Shown here piece after piece: positions 45,963 to 55,705 of a stretch of DNA of 64,000 bases. The position numbers and the translations under genes were made by a program. Within the stretch, counting starts at the first letter, position 1. Every line of letters starts with the position of its first letter. Origin of the DNA: a virus; the IMG/VR virus record IMGVR_UViG_3300036790_000386, positions 1-64,000 of that record. One strand, written 5' to 3'. The notes below the pieces were generated by a model, which did not search any database, was not told the DNA's origin, and was given only the letters and a program-made list of their open reading frames with translations.

Positions 45963-47404
45963 GCAACCACCACCGTAACACTTGCAGCTGTGCAAGAAGC
46001 CTCATAATTAAATGGAACGGTTAGATCTGCAACTCCATAAACAATAGCGCCAATTGAAACTGTGTTAGAAACAGGAATAGCTGGACTAAATGTTAAAATA
46101 TTACCATTAACATTTGAAATAGTTGTTTGATATGTTGTACCGCCAGTTAACGTTATGAAAATTACTTCACCATCAACGTAAAGAGAGCCTTCACCGACAG
46201 TGATTGTAGTTGCAGAACCAGCAGCCGTCGCAGTCGTAACCATAAAATCAGTTCTTGCTTGTGCCACCGCATATGGCACAACTAAACTATAAGTATCTGA
46301 AATTAAGTCTAATGCTGATTGAAGTGATCCAGTAGCTGTAGTTGCTGCATCACCATCAAGATTAGCTGGACCCCACAAACGACCACAATAAGAATTTTCA
46401 CCAATAGCAAGCTCATTAACAGCATAAGCTATTGCAGCTTGAATATTAGATGCTGCATTTGAAGTATAACCTGTCAATGGATTAAGATTGACTAGAACTG
46501 CCACTGGTACATAAGCAAGTACAAAGAAATTAATTGTACTTGGGACACCAATAGAATCGTAAACTATTTCAGTTGTTGTTCCATAGGTTGAAACACCTGG
46601 TGATTTATATAGTGCAATTGTTTGAGCAATTTGTGTAGCACTTCCACCTGCAACAACAGCCGTAATTGAATGAGGCGGTGTTCCATTGGCATCTGTACTA
46701 CCTGTATCGTTTTTATACATCGCAACAGCAGTAATGCCGGCAAGATTTTCAAGACCCCCTTGAATACCAGCTAAAACTGTTTGAGCTGGAAGTGAAACTG
46801 ATCCACTCTGACGTTGACGTAGAGTAGCGTCTATTTCAACAGCAGTGCCAACAGAAACTGTATTAGAACCATTAGTTACAGTTTGCCATCCTGGAATTGG
46901 AGTTAAAATAATAGTTAAAGAATTGTTTGGCAGAGTTACATTGCCAGAAGTTGTACTTGTTGCTGTAACTTCGATTGTACCTGAATTTGGAATTACAGTT
47001 CCATTTGGAATTGACCACTGAGTTCCAAGATTCAAATTATCACCAATCAAAGCATTATCAATAGGTGTTCCGGCTTGACCTACAAGAGTAACAATAACTG
47101 AAGAATTTGATGAACTTTCACGTTGTAAACCATTAATTTTGACAACAGAAGAAAGACCAGCACCTATAGCTGTTGCTGGGCTGAATTGATTGTAAACAAA
47201 AATTGCAGTATCATTGCAATCATGAATTGCTTGAGCAATAATACCTAACCACTGGCCATCTTGGCTATCTGGGCCAAGATAAACATCTGAACCATAAATG
47301 GATTGAAAACTGGACTGAAGAGATGCCAGAATCTGATCCATCGTTGGAGCAGAGATGCCGGTCGAACTGACAGTTGCAGCTAACGTTGTTAATGTCTGGC
47401 TCAT
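45959..47404 (-). CDS. baseplate J-like protein
   Basis: GISAP...IYGSD.YL.PDSQDGQ; E.DA.LRQRQ; PPHSI. Confidence 0.85.
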   Translation of the reverse strand: MSQTLTTLAATVSSTGISAPTMDQILASLQSSFQSIYGSDVYLGPDSQDGQWLGIIAQAIHDCNDTAIFVYNQFSPATAIGAGLSSVVKINGLQRESSSNSSVIVTLVGQAGTPIDNALIGDNLNLGTQWSIPNGTVIPNSGTIEVTATSTTSGNVTLPNNSLTIILTPIPGWQTVTNGSNTVSVGTAVEIDATLRQRQSGSVSLPAQTVLAGIQGGLENLAGITAVAMYKNDTGSTDANGTPPHSITAVVAGGSATQIAQTIALYKSPGVSTYGTTTEIVYDSIGVPSTINFFVLAYVPVAVLVNLNPLTGYTSNAASNIQAAIAYAVNELAIGENSYCGRLWGPANLDGDAATTATGSLQSALDLISDTYSLVVPYAVAQARTDFMVTTATAAGSATTITVGEGSLYVDGEVIFITLTGGTTYQTTISNVNGNILTFSPAIPVSNTVSIGAIVYGVADLTVPFNYEASCTAASVTVVVA

Positions 47405-47413
47405 TATCTCTTC

Positions 47414-47797
47414 TCAGGTAGTTGCTGGCGCAATAGTCTGAATAGATGGAAATGTAGTTGTGCCAAATACAGTATTTATATTTGAGCCTGAAACAGAATA
47501 TGTTCGTGTAGATGCTGTATAATTGACATTCCAATTTTCAATATTAATTACACCAGGAACCGCCAATACAGCAGTCTTTAAAATTAATGCACCCATAGTT
47601 AAATTGCCATAACCAGCAATTTGAGTATTATACGGGATGCCCGCTGAAAGATTTAAAAACCACTCTGTTTGCCATAATTTTAAACTGGTGCCAACGATTT
47701 GAGATACAGCAGCTGCACTATCAATAAGATAATTTGCTGAACCTTGCCCAAATGTCATATCACCAGTTGAGCTTAATGTTCTGACCCTAAGAACCAT
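47414..47797 (-). CDS. baseplate wedge / sheath initiator (gp25-like)
   Basis: R.L...GD.TFG.G...; L.LW..EWFL....G.PY. Confidence 0.75.
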   Translation of the reverse strand: MVLRVRTLSSTGDMTFGQGSANYLIDSAAAVSQIVGTSLKLWQTEWFLNLSAGIPYNTQIAGYGNLTMGALILKTAVLAVPGVINIENWNVNYTASTRTYSVSGSNINTVFGTTTFPSIQTIAPATT

Positions 47798-47830
47798 TGA
47801 ATACCACGCTGCTGCTTAAATAGATGTAAT

Positions 47831-49450
47831 TTATAATTCTGCACTTGCTGTTACTGAGCATTCCATTAAACCTGCTCCTGAAGAGGTTATTAATGCTTGC
47901 AATATACATCCAGTATCAGATTCAAAATTTACAGCACCTGTAGATGCATTAGTGTAAGCTGGAGATATTATACTAACACTAGGAGTTCCTCTCATCATCG
48001 CAGGCCACGTGAACCATTGAAAAATACCACCACCAGGTCCATTATAACCTGGTACGATAACAGTTCCAAATTCACAATAATACCTTTGGCACGAAATAAA
48101 TTCAGTTGCAATGCTACGCCGTTCAAATGATGTAGCAACTGTACCTTTTTCAAGTTGAATATCTGTAGCGCCAATTTCGTTATTAATAGTTTCAGGCCAA
48201 TTTGTACTTGTTGAACTACACAAATAAGAACCACTTTGCCATGAACCAAAAATGGATGTGGCATAAGTTCCAATAGTGTACGCACCTATAACAAGAGTCA
48301 AGCCTGTTGAAGATGAATTAGGAACATTTGCTCCTGATGGTATAGATGTTACAGGAATTACTACTTTTTGAAACGCCCCAGATCCTGTATAGGAGAAGTT
48401 TTGAACAAACGAGTTTGTGCCAGTCCCATCAAGCAAAGCAACGCTATATGTACCATTTACCGTTGCGTAAAAAATAAACGAAATAACAACTGGCTGACCA
48501 ACAAGATCATAGCAGTTGGCTCCTTCAATTCTCTGCTCTATGCCTCCAACATAATTTGTTCCAGTGAAACCAGAACAAGCAGAAATAGCTTGCAAATATA
48601 TAAAATTGTGCGTTGTTACGCTGCCATAACTGCCACCACTTGCTTGACTTTGATAAATGGTCCCAGATACTGCATTATTAATTCCAATAAACCTATCAGG
48701 ACCACCATAAGCTGTTGTACCGTTGGGAAGTGAAACCGTACTTCGCTGAGCTACTCGACAATCACCGTTAATAATTCTATTTTTTAAAGTATTGAACTGG
48801 CTAACAGTTAAGCCCTGACCACTCGCAGTACCTGGTGCAATTTGAACAGTACCACCCCCTGAAATAAGATTCCAAGTAGAAGAAGTTGAACTATATTGCA
48901 ACAATGCTGTATTGCTTGCAACAATTTCACCTCCTTGCAAAGTAGAGCCACCCATAGTTATGTTCTTAGCATCGCCGCCTGCATTAAATGTTGATGCTCC
49001 TATATTTGTATTAGCTGGATTAAACGAAACAAACATTCCATCAGTATAAGTTGTAATTGCAGGAGTTAAAGCAACAACATAAGCGTTAGCTGAGCCTGAA
49101 TCTGTTGCTTGATAATTATATGAATTTTGTTGAATAACATTATTGAAATTAGTTAAAATTCCAGCAGTAACATCAGAATAAATTGTATCTCCTTCAACCC
49201 ATTCTTGTGCAGTTGAACCTTCTTGTCCACGAAGAACAGTAAGATTTAAACCTGATATTGCTGTAACCCAAACAATTTCAAATATGCCAGCAGTTGCTGG
49301 ATGAATAATTGTTAGAGATAAATAAGATCCTGAAGGTATTGCCGGAAATCCAGAAACACTTGCTACAGAAACTGTAGTAACAGCATCATTAATGCCGGAA
49401 GTTAAATCTGTATCAATATTAGTTCCAAAAACAAAAACTTCTGTTGTCAT
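47831..49450 (-). CDS. tail fibre / receptor-binding protein
   Basis: EIV.VTA.SG..LTV.RGQEG; DSGSANAY; KNRIING...VAQR; QLEKG.VAT.FE.R...E...CQRYY. Confidence 0.75.
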   Translation of the reverse strand: MTTEVFVFGTNIDTDLTSGINDAVTTVSVASVSGFPAIPSGSYLSLTIIHPATAGIFEIVWVTAISGLNLTVLRGQEGSTAQEWVEGDTIYSDVTAGILTNFNNVIQQNSYNYQATDSGSANAYVVALTPAITTYTDGMFVSFNPANTNIGASTFNAGGDAKNITMGGSTLQGGEIVASNTALLQYSSTSSTWNLISGGGTVQIAPGTASGQGLTVSQFNTLKNRIINGDCRVAQRSTVSLPNGTTAYGGPDRFIGINNAVSGTIYQSQASGGSYGSVTTHNFIYLQAISACSGFTGTNYVGGIEQRIEGANCYDLVGQPVVISFIFYATVNGTYSVALLDGTGTNSFVQNFSYTGSGAFQKVVIPVTSIPSGANVPNSSSTGLTLVIGAYTIGTYATSIFGSWQSGSYLCSSTSTNWPETINNEIGATDIQLEKGTVATSFERRSIATEFISCQRYYCEFGTVIVPGYNGPGGGIFQWFTWPAMMRGTPSVSIISPAYTNASTGAVNFESDTGCILQALITSSGAGLMECSVTASAEL

Positions 49451-49452
49451 TA

Positions 49453-50202
49453 TTATGATCCAGGGACAGGAGGTGCAGTTGTACCAGTACCAGGTTTAAC
49501 ACCATTGTGATCATGATTCTGTAGAGTAACAGAACCACCTGTACCGCTACCTGCTGTAACATCGCCACTTGCTGTAACGTTACCATTACTATCAACACTA
49601 AAAAATCCACCAGGAAATGCTAAACTAAAACCAGCAGGAGTTAAACTCATAGTAGCTGCGCTATCTGGAAGTGTTGCTACTAAACCTGATTTGCTAAAAG
49701 TTACTGAAGCTGTGCCATCATCAGAACGAAGCTGAACTGTAGTATCACTAACATTATTAAGCAATCTAGTTGAATTGCGACCGCCTAGCTCAAAAAAGCC
49801 ATCTGAAAGATCATGCTTGCGAAGAGAACCAGAATTATTTGAGGCTAGTGTTGGTTGAACTCCACCAAGAAGCCACCAGTTATCAATACACCTAGATGAA
49901 AATGAAATTGTTCCTTCGTCACCTACAGCGACTGGAAACGTCATTGTATAACCACCACCGGATGGAAACTTAATCGGAACCATTGGCATAAGTGGCATTG
50001 GAAATGGAACCCAACTTACATTGCCGCTAGCGTCAACTTGTCTCAATAATGGTGTTATTGTAGATTGAACTGTAACATGCTGGCCATCATCTTCAATTGC
50101 TGTAACTATACAAGGCAACTTTGTCCACATTCTACTTTGGAGATTGTCCAAAGCAGCATTCATTGCATTTTGTGGGTCTTCCCAGCGTTCATAATTTAAC
50201 AT
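49453..50202 (-). CDS. baseplate central spike (Gp138/GpV-like)
   Basis: VP.FP.GGG...FPV..GDEG...R.ID.W; HDLSD; C-terminal H-x-H. Confidence 0.85.
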   Translation of the reverse strand: MLNYERWEDPQNAMNAALDNLQSRMWTKLPCIVTAIEDDGQHVTVQSTITPLLRQVDASGNVSWVPFPMPLMPMVPIKFPSGGGYTMTFPVAVGDEGTISFSSRCIDNWWLLGGVQPTLASNNSGSLRKHDLSDGFFELGGRNSTRLLNNVSDTTVQLRSDDGTASVTFSKSGLVATLPDSAATMSLTPAGFSLAFPGGFFSVDSNGNVTASGDVTAGSGTGGSVTLQNHDHNGVKPGTGTTAPPVPGS

Positions 50203-51299
50203 TAGGAACCACCACCATTTATTCCAGAATATGGTTGAACTTGCTGATAATTTTTTGGATTAGTTGAACCACCAACAGGAACAGCAGAAATAACAACTAA
50301 ATCAGAATACCAATCATTTCCGCGAGAGTCGCCTCGATGCTCTACAACAAGAATAATATAAGTTCCATCAGCAGAAACATCCATAATGTAGTCAGAAATT
50401 CCAGGACCAGGAAAAATTGGCTCTTGAATTCCTTGAATGCTATTGCCTTGCGCAGCTAATGTTTGATTAACTATTGTATTGTTAATTATAACTGGCCGTC
50501 GAATTCCATAAGAAGGATTTAAAAGTGTTCTAACTTCCAATCCATCAGATGTTGTTACTGGAAACCCAACCATACCAGTTAAAGAATTAATAATAAAAGC
50601 TGTTGTATCTGAAATCGATACATTAGATGGAACTAAAACAAACTGTCCATTCTGTATAGACCACTCCATTGGCTGGCCACCAACGTATACAGACTTAGCT
50701 GTATTATCTAAAATTGGAGCAGACAGCCCATATTGAACAGTTGGTCGAGGTTGTATAGGAAGCACAGGGGCAGCAAGAACTTGACTACTAGGAACAGTTG
50801 TATCCCAAGGAGTTAAAGACTGAGCTAATGCTTTAATTCTTCCTTGTGGTGTATTTGCAGATCCTATAAGTGTGCTTGATATAGTTGCATTATTGTAGGG
50901 TCTATCACCATCAGCTGCATCAATTTCTAAAAAGCTATCAACAGCCGTTTCGCCTCCAAATTTAATTTGACGAATTGTTCCATCGAAAATAACACCAAAA
51001 CGGCCATTTAGATAACCAGCAGAAAGTGTAACTCTACGATACTGATTTTTAATCATAGTTACTAAATTATTACTAACATTATAAATTTTAATACTACAAT
51101 AATTTGGAATACTTGCAGTTGTTTGATGTACTTCAAAGACAATATGAAGCTGTTCTTCACCTGGAGCATCAGACCCAGCAGAAATTTGTGTTGCTACATT
51201 AGCTCCAGCCGCTGAATCATAAACAACTACTGACCATTTTCGTAACCATTGGTCTGATACAGTTGAAGTTGATGTTGGAGTTGAATATGCTTGTGACAT
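50202..51299 (-). CDS. baseplate hub protein
   Basis: WLRK; I.IYN; LSAGY...G.IFDG.I; DGD; WSIQNG; H.GDSRG.DWY. Confidence 0.8.
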   Translation of the reverse strand: MSQAYSTPTSTSTVSDQWLRKWSVVVYDSAAGANVATQISAGSDAPGEEQLHIVFEVHQTTASIPNYCSIKIYNVSNNLVTMIKNQYRRVTLSAGYLNGRFGVIFDGTIRQIKFGGETAVDSFLEIDAADGDRPYNNATISSTLIGSANTPQGRIKALAQSLTPWDTTVPSSQVLAAPVLPIQPRPTVQYGLSAPILDNTAKSVYVGGQPMEWSIQNGQFVLVPSNVSISDTTAFIINSLTGMVGFPVTTSDGLEVRTLLNPSYGIRRPVIINNTIVNQTLAAQGNSIQGIQEPIFPGPGISDYIMDVSADGTYIILVVEHRGDSRGNDWYSDLVVISAVPVGGSTNPKNYQQVQPYSGINGGGS

Positions 51300-51301
51300 T
51301 C

Positions 51302-51387
51302 AGTTTCCCGCGCGCGTTGCGCGCCTCGCCGCCTTCGGCGGCTCGCACAAACACAAAGAAGAATTAAGATTTATTACACCAGGCCCC
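51302..51387 (+). repeat. twin-hairpin dispersed element, copy 6
   Basis: Fills almost the whole 51300..51390 intergenic gap; identical to copy 2 over 85 bp. Confidence 0.97.
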
Positions 51388-51390
51388 GAA

Positions 51391-51693
51391 CTAAATTTGT
51401 CCAAAATCAGTGGTGAAGTATAAATAGCCATTTGACCCAAAACTTGCGTAAGTTAGCGGAGCATCTGGATCATTTGCAGTTTGAACAAAAAAATCACCGC
51501 CGCCTGCAATATCTAAATAGCCATATTGTCGAAGAAGACCAATACCTGTAACAAGAGCAATACCTGCGACGATTGGGTTGTTAGATGAATCATTGATATC
51601 CATAATCCACTCTTGGCCGATATTATTCCATACAATTTTGAGATTGTAGGTTTCACCTCCGAGGGAGATTGTGAATTGTTGTGGAACACCCAT
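51391..51693 (-). CDS. small baseplate protein
   Basis: Q.F.I.L.G..Y.L...WN...W.MDI...GI.LV.G..LL.QY.YL. Confidence 0.7.
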   Translation of the reverse strand: MGVPQQFTISLGGETYNLKIVWNNIGQEWIMDINDSSNNPIVAGIALVTGIGLLRQYGYLDIAGGGDFFVQTANDPDAPLTYASFGSNGYLYFTTDFGQI

Positions 51694-51694
51694 A

Positions 51695-52420
51695 TTAACC
51701 TACATTTGGAAAAGTGTTACTAGATAAAGGTACCGTAGAAGCACCTGTTTGAATTGGAATTGTTTGAGCATTTGAGGGGGATGAAGTGGGTGCTGTAAAT
51801 ACACTGTTATAGGAAGAGGAGTTTAAAGCTGAAGGTGGAGTAGTTGTTTGAGCACCATTATTAGTTGTTGGTAGAGATGATTGAGGATTTGATTGGTTAG
51901 CTGGGTTAGACGAGATTGTTGTTGTTTGTGTGTTGACAATGAAGACTTGTTGAAGACTCATTTCAACGCGAAGCGCCCATTCGGATGTTTCATCCGTTTC
52001 GACAACTAAGCTTTGCATGAGTATGTTTTGATAAACACGCTTGCCTGTATAAAGAGTGAATGGTGCACGATCTGCTTGAAATTTAAGCAAATCTAAATAG
52101 ATAGAATTAATATAATAGGGATCAAAGTTAAATGGAGCAGAGTTTGACCAACCTAAACGAAGTTGAACTTGAGCCGGGCGTTTGTAAGCGTGATCTGAGA
52201 TGTTTGCGCCGGCTTCGATTGGGTGTTCAGTTATATAAAGTTCATCTCTGTGTTCTTCGCTTTCTGTTACGTCTGCAACAAAGTATAAGCCTCCAGATGG
52301 GCCGCCTGGAGATTCTGGGCCAATGGCCCGAAAAGGTACTGATGGCGTTAGAAAGACGGGGCCGATAACGGTGCCGCCAATACCTTGACCTGTGTTTGCG
52401 GTTGTTCCAGCACCTGACAT
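51695..52420 (-). CDS. Dit-like tail tube initiator
   Basis: E.H.D.L.ITEHPIE.GA.ISDHAYKRP; TGKRVY.N. Confidence 0.8.
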   Translation of the reverse strand: MSGAGTTANTGQGIGGTVIGPVFLTPSVPFRAIGPESPGGPSGGLYFVADVTESEEHRDELYITEHPIEAGANISDHAYKRPAQVQLRLGWSNSAPFNFDPYYINSIYLDLLKFQADRAPFTLYTGKRVYQNILMQSLVVETDETSEWALRVEMSLQQVFIVNTQTTTISSNPANQSNPQSSLPTTNNGAQTTTPPSALNSSSYNSVFTAPTSSPSNAQTIPIQTGASTVPLSSNTFPNVG

Positions 52421-52421
52421 T

Positions 52422-54566
52422 TTATGTCACTTGTGAATAAAAATTACGGTAGAGAGTTGAATTGGTTCTGCCAACCGCCTTAGCAACCTTTGAGCCAATT
52501 TCAGGCCCATTGACGCCATGAACGTGGACTTCGGTATGTGGACTAAAGGCATAATGTGTATTTCCCATACCAGATATTGGAGCAAGACCATTAATGATAT
52601 GTTTACCAAGATTGTGTAAAGGATCTAAATTAGGGGCAGCTTGGTGCTGGTTAGTTTTATCAAGATGGGATGCTGGTTTATATTCTGTTGCTTTAGCTTC
52701 AGGGATTATACCAAAAGCTGTATGAAGTTGTTTGGTAACAAAATTTGTTAGAGAAGCAGCATATTGAGTGAATGCTGGATCTTTAGCGCGCTCATATTGT
52801 TCCATAGCACGAGCAGCATCTGGTGCAGTTTTTGAAGTTTTAATAGCTGTTAGTGCTGCATTTTCAGTGCTGTTCATCTCATGCCAGATAAGTTCAAGCT
52901 GTTTGTTGAGGTCACCGCCTGTCTGTGTAGCTGCTGATCTACGAGAACCTAGCCACTGAGCTATACCATATGCACCGGATAGTGGATTAACTGCATTTGG
53001 GTTTAAGTTGGATTCTGCGTCTAGGCGAGCTACAACACCAACAGATTGATCTTTTGTTAATCCTTTGGATTCAAAGAATGCAACAGCTTTTTGAATATTT
53101 AGATCTTCTTGTTTAGACCCAATTTTTTGTCCAGCATTAGCTGGAAGTTGATCTTTTTCTTGTGGAGTTGCTGGTCCGGTAGCTGGACTAATCCCTAAAG
53201 ATTGTTCAAGAGCTTTAGCAAGAGTTTGAACTTGATCTTCAAGCGCAGTTTGAGTGCTACCTGATTTTGGTTTAAGTTGAACAAATGGGATATAGCTTCC
53301 GACGCCGCGAAGCCAATTTAGAAAAATAGGCCAAATTCCATCAGCAGCTGCAATTTCAACGTTAGGAGATTGAGTGACACCAGTAAGCCAAGTGTGCATT
53401 GGGTCCCAAATATAAGTTTTGATCCAAGCATTATCTTGTTTGGCTCTGTCAGCTGCTTGTTTGTCGAATTCTTGTTTATTTTGATCTAAATCACTTAAAT
53501 TAGATTTAAAAGTATCTGAAAATAATTTGATCCATGGGCCAAAAATTGCAGCAGGAATTTTATTTATTTGCGCTGTTACTCCGCCAGGTGCTAGTGCTGC
53601 TTCAGTTTTATCGTGTGGTTGAAGCGCCCCAGATGAATAACCTAACATGTTTAAGAGTGCAGCAGTTTTGTTGCCAAAATCCACTAAAGATTGTATGAAA
53701 TGCGTTAATTGATCAAATGCGTGTGGAAGCTGATCTGCAAGACCGTTGATTTGTGTTGTGTGTGTAGAAATATAATCGTTTAATTGGCCTAATAGGTGAA
53801 TTAAAGTTGGAAAAGATTTTAGAGTAAAATCTGCAAGAGTAGCTTGCATTTGAGCATCAAGTGTATCGAGTTGACGCTGCAAATCTACTGCATTTTTTGC
53901 TCCACCTTGTGTTCCAAGATTAAGACCTGTTAGAGTCTTATGGTATTGCTCTATATATGGCGCTGTTTGATTAAGATTTTGGCCTAATTGACGAATAATA
54001 TCAGGATCAATATTGAGAGTACTAAGGAGTGAACGCTCTGCGTATTGCTGTTGTTTGGTGAGACTGTTGTACCATTTAGCTAGATCGTGCAGAGCCTTTT
54101 CAGGATCTGTTTCATTGCCAATAATTTGCTTTAAGAGAGCATCTTTAGGTTGGTCGCGTAAAGCTTTAGAGACAGCTAAAAGTTGATCAGTTAAACCATT
54201 AACGCCAAGGCCAGCCAGTTGCGATTGCAACTGGATTTCCATTAAATCTTGAATGGGAACTTTGAAGGTAGAGTTTAGTTGCTGAGCAGTATAATAAAAA
54301 CCTGTAAAGGTCTTCATTGTACTATCGATGGCTTTAGCTATGCCACCAAGTGCTCCGCCAACGCCTATAGCATAAGTACTAAAACCTAAGAGACTTAAAT
54401 CTAGAATTCCCTTCAAAATCTTTGAAGAGTCTCCAGTTTTGCCTACAAAAGCTTTAAAGCCTGCCGTGATATTGTCTTCACTTTTGGCTAAAGAACTGTC
54501 GTCTACGACGTATTTAATGGAAACGACAAATTCTTTAATTACCTCACCGCCCGTAGTTGCTGGCAT
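52422..54566 (-). CDS. tape measure protein with phage tail lysozyme domain
   Basis: IKEFVV N-terminus; helical body; AESNLNP.A...GAYGIAQWLGSR. Confidence 0.85.
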   Translation of the reverse strand: MPATTGGEVIKEFVVSIKYVVDDSSLAKSEDNITAGFKAFVGKTGDSSKILKGILDLSLLGFSTYAIGVGGALGGIAKAIDSTMKTFTGFYYTAQQLNSTFKVPIQDLMEIQLQSQLAGLGVNGLTDQLLAVSKALRDQPKDALLKQIIGNETDPEKALHDLAKWYNSLTKQQQYAERSLLSTLNIDPDIIRQLGQNLNQTAPYIEQYHKTLTGLNLGTQGGAKNAVDLQRQLDTLDAQMQATLADFTLKSFPTLIHLLGQLNDYISTHTTQINGLADQLPHAFDQLTHFIQSLVDFGNKTAALLNMLGYSSGALQPHDKTEAALAPGGVTAQINKIPAAIFGPWIKLFSDTFKSNLSDLDQNKQEFDKQAADRAKQDNAWIKTYIWDPMHTWLTGVTQSPNVEIAAADGIWPIFLNWLRGVGSYIPFVQLKPKSGSTQTALEDQVQTLAKALEQSLGISPATGPATPQEKDQLPANAGQKIGSKQEDLNIQKAVAFFESKGLTKDQSVGVVARLDAESNLNPNAVNPLSGAYGIAQWLGSRRSAATQTGGDLNKQLELIWHEMNSTENAALTAIKTSKTAPDAARAMEQYERAKDPAFTQYAASLTNFVTKQLHTAFGIIPEAKATEYKPASHLDKTNQHQAAPNLDPLHNLGKHIINGLAPISGMGNTHYAFSPHTEVHVHGVNGPEIGSKVAKAVGRTNSTLYRNFYSQVT

Positions 54567-54814
54567 TATTTTCTCCTACTAGGTGACGTAACTGAAGGTT
54601 TTGATGCGCGATATTGATTTTCAATTTTTGCATCAAGGTAGTCATTGGCATCTGCAAAATCACACAGACTGTAGTTAGAATCATTCATGTTCTCCCATCT
54701 AAGCATTCCTGCTTCAACAGGTCGCATAAGAAAATCTAGGCCAGTGCCGGAATCAACTAGATTTACCGTGGACGCACTTGGGAAGCTAAAACTCCAGCTG
54801 CGCCCTGGCCTGGA
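54566..54814 (-). CDS. tail assembly chaperone, -1 frameshift extension (not in ORF track)
   Basis: -1 frame open from GGT TTT TTT (T7 at 54814-54820) to TAA at 54566; DFLMRPV.AG...ND.LD...EN. Confidence 0.75.
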   Translation of the reverse strand, partial: SRPGRSWSFSFPSASTVNLVDSGTGLDFLMRPVEAGMLRWENMNDSNYSLCDFADANDYLDAKIENQYRASKPSVTSPSRRK

Positions 54815-55158
54815 AAAAAACCGCCGAGGTTTTCCTTAAGAACTGCAACAACAATCTGAAAGATATCTTGTGCTTTTAGATCATCAAACATCAGTTGGTT
54901 TGTATGCTGGGCTGTTAAAGGTGACCAGACACCATCGGCAATCTTCTTGGAAACGATAGCCAAGCAAGGATCTACAATGGCGTCTACATCAGCGTCAGAC
55001 ATTTTAGCAACGTGTTCAGTGAACGCAGCGATAACTTGATCTTCTTCGCCTTTGAAAGCTAGAGAGAGCGGCGCAATGCGTCGCGCAATATGTAATTGTT
55101 GTTTTGGTGTAAGTTTTCCAATCCTGTATGTAGTGCTCTCAATAACAATCTCAGCCAT
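54763..55158 (-). CDS. tail assembly chaperone
   Basis: YRIGKL...QLHIARRIAP...ENLGGFF; between tube and tape measure genes. Confidence 0.8.
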   Translation of the reverse strand: MAEIVIESTTYRIGKLTPKQQLHIARRIAPLSLAFKGEEDQVIAAFTEHVAKMSDADVDAIVDPCLAIVSKKIADGVWSPLTAQHTNQLMFDDLKAQDIFQIVVAVLKENLGGFFPGQGAAGVLASQVRPR

Positions 55159-55171
55159 TTAAACGCTCCAA

Positions 55172-55669
55172 TTAAAGCACCGACGCCACAGCGGCATTGA
55201 TGAGGCCAACAAGGCCCTGACCCAACTCAGGCACGATATAGCCGGTGAATTCCCATTCATTCATGTTGCCTTCTGTTGCATAAACAACATCTGGGTGTTT
55301 AGCGAATGCCATATAGACACCGCCAATATTGTCACCCTGAACAGAGTTATTAATAGAAATGACGTTTTTACCCCAAAGAGCAGAACCACCAATACGTTGA
55401 TAGTTGTAAAGAGAAGAAAGCATCCCGTTAACTGGAGATGCTTTCAGAAGACGGACAGTGATGGAACCAGTCATACCAGCGTGAAGGCTGTGCATGATAG
55501 AACCATCAGCGCCTGTAACGATTGTATCCTTTGGATCTGTGTGAGCAAAAGTAATACCTTCAGCAGAAACGCCAGCACCATTTGCAAGACCAAAGTTTCC
55601 CCCTGGTCCTGTAATAGTGGCATTAACGTCCTGAAAGGAATAGGTATATGCACCACTTGCAAGTGTCAT
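55172..55669 (-). CDS. tail tube protein (DUF3277-like)
   Basis: TYSF.DV.ATITGPGG; GADGS.MHSLHA; LLK.SPVN. Confidence 0.85.
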   Translation of the reverse strand: MTLASGAYTYSFQDVNATITGPGGNFGLANGAGVSAEGITFAHTDPKDTIVTGADGSIMHSLHAGMTGSITVRLLKASPVNGMLSSLYNYQRIGGSALWGKNVISINNSVQGDNIGGVYMAFAKHPDVVYATEGNMNEWEFTGYIVPELGQGLVGLINAAVASVL

Positions 55670-55705
55670 TTTAGTTACTCCAAACTAAATTGAATTAAAG
55701 CTACT

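Noticed and set aside
47547-47557. ATTACACCAGG match to the element's distal box
   Set aside because: No hairpins or 15-mer nearby; inside a baseplate gene; likely chance.
4326-51387. Dispersed element as CRISPR repeats or simple terminators
   Set aside because: Copies are kilobases apart with no spacer array. There is no U-tract directly after the stems, orientation to transcription is mixed, and two copies lie inside an intact gene.
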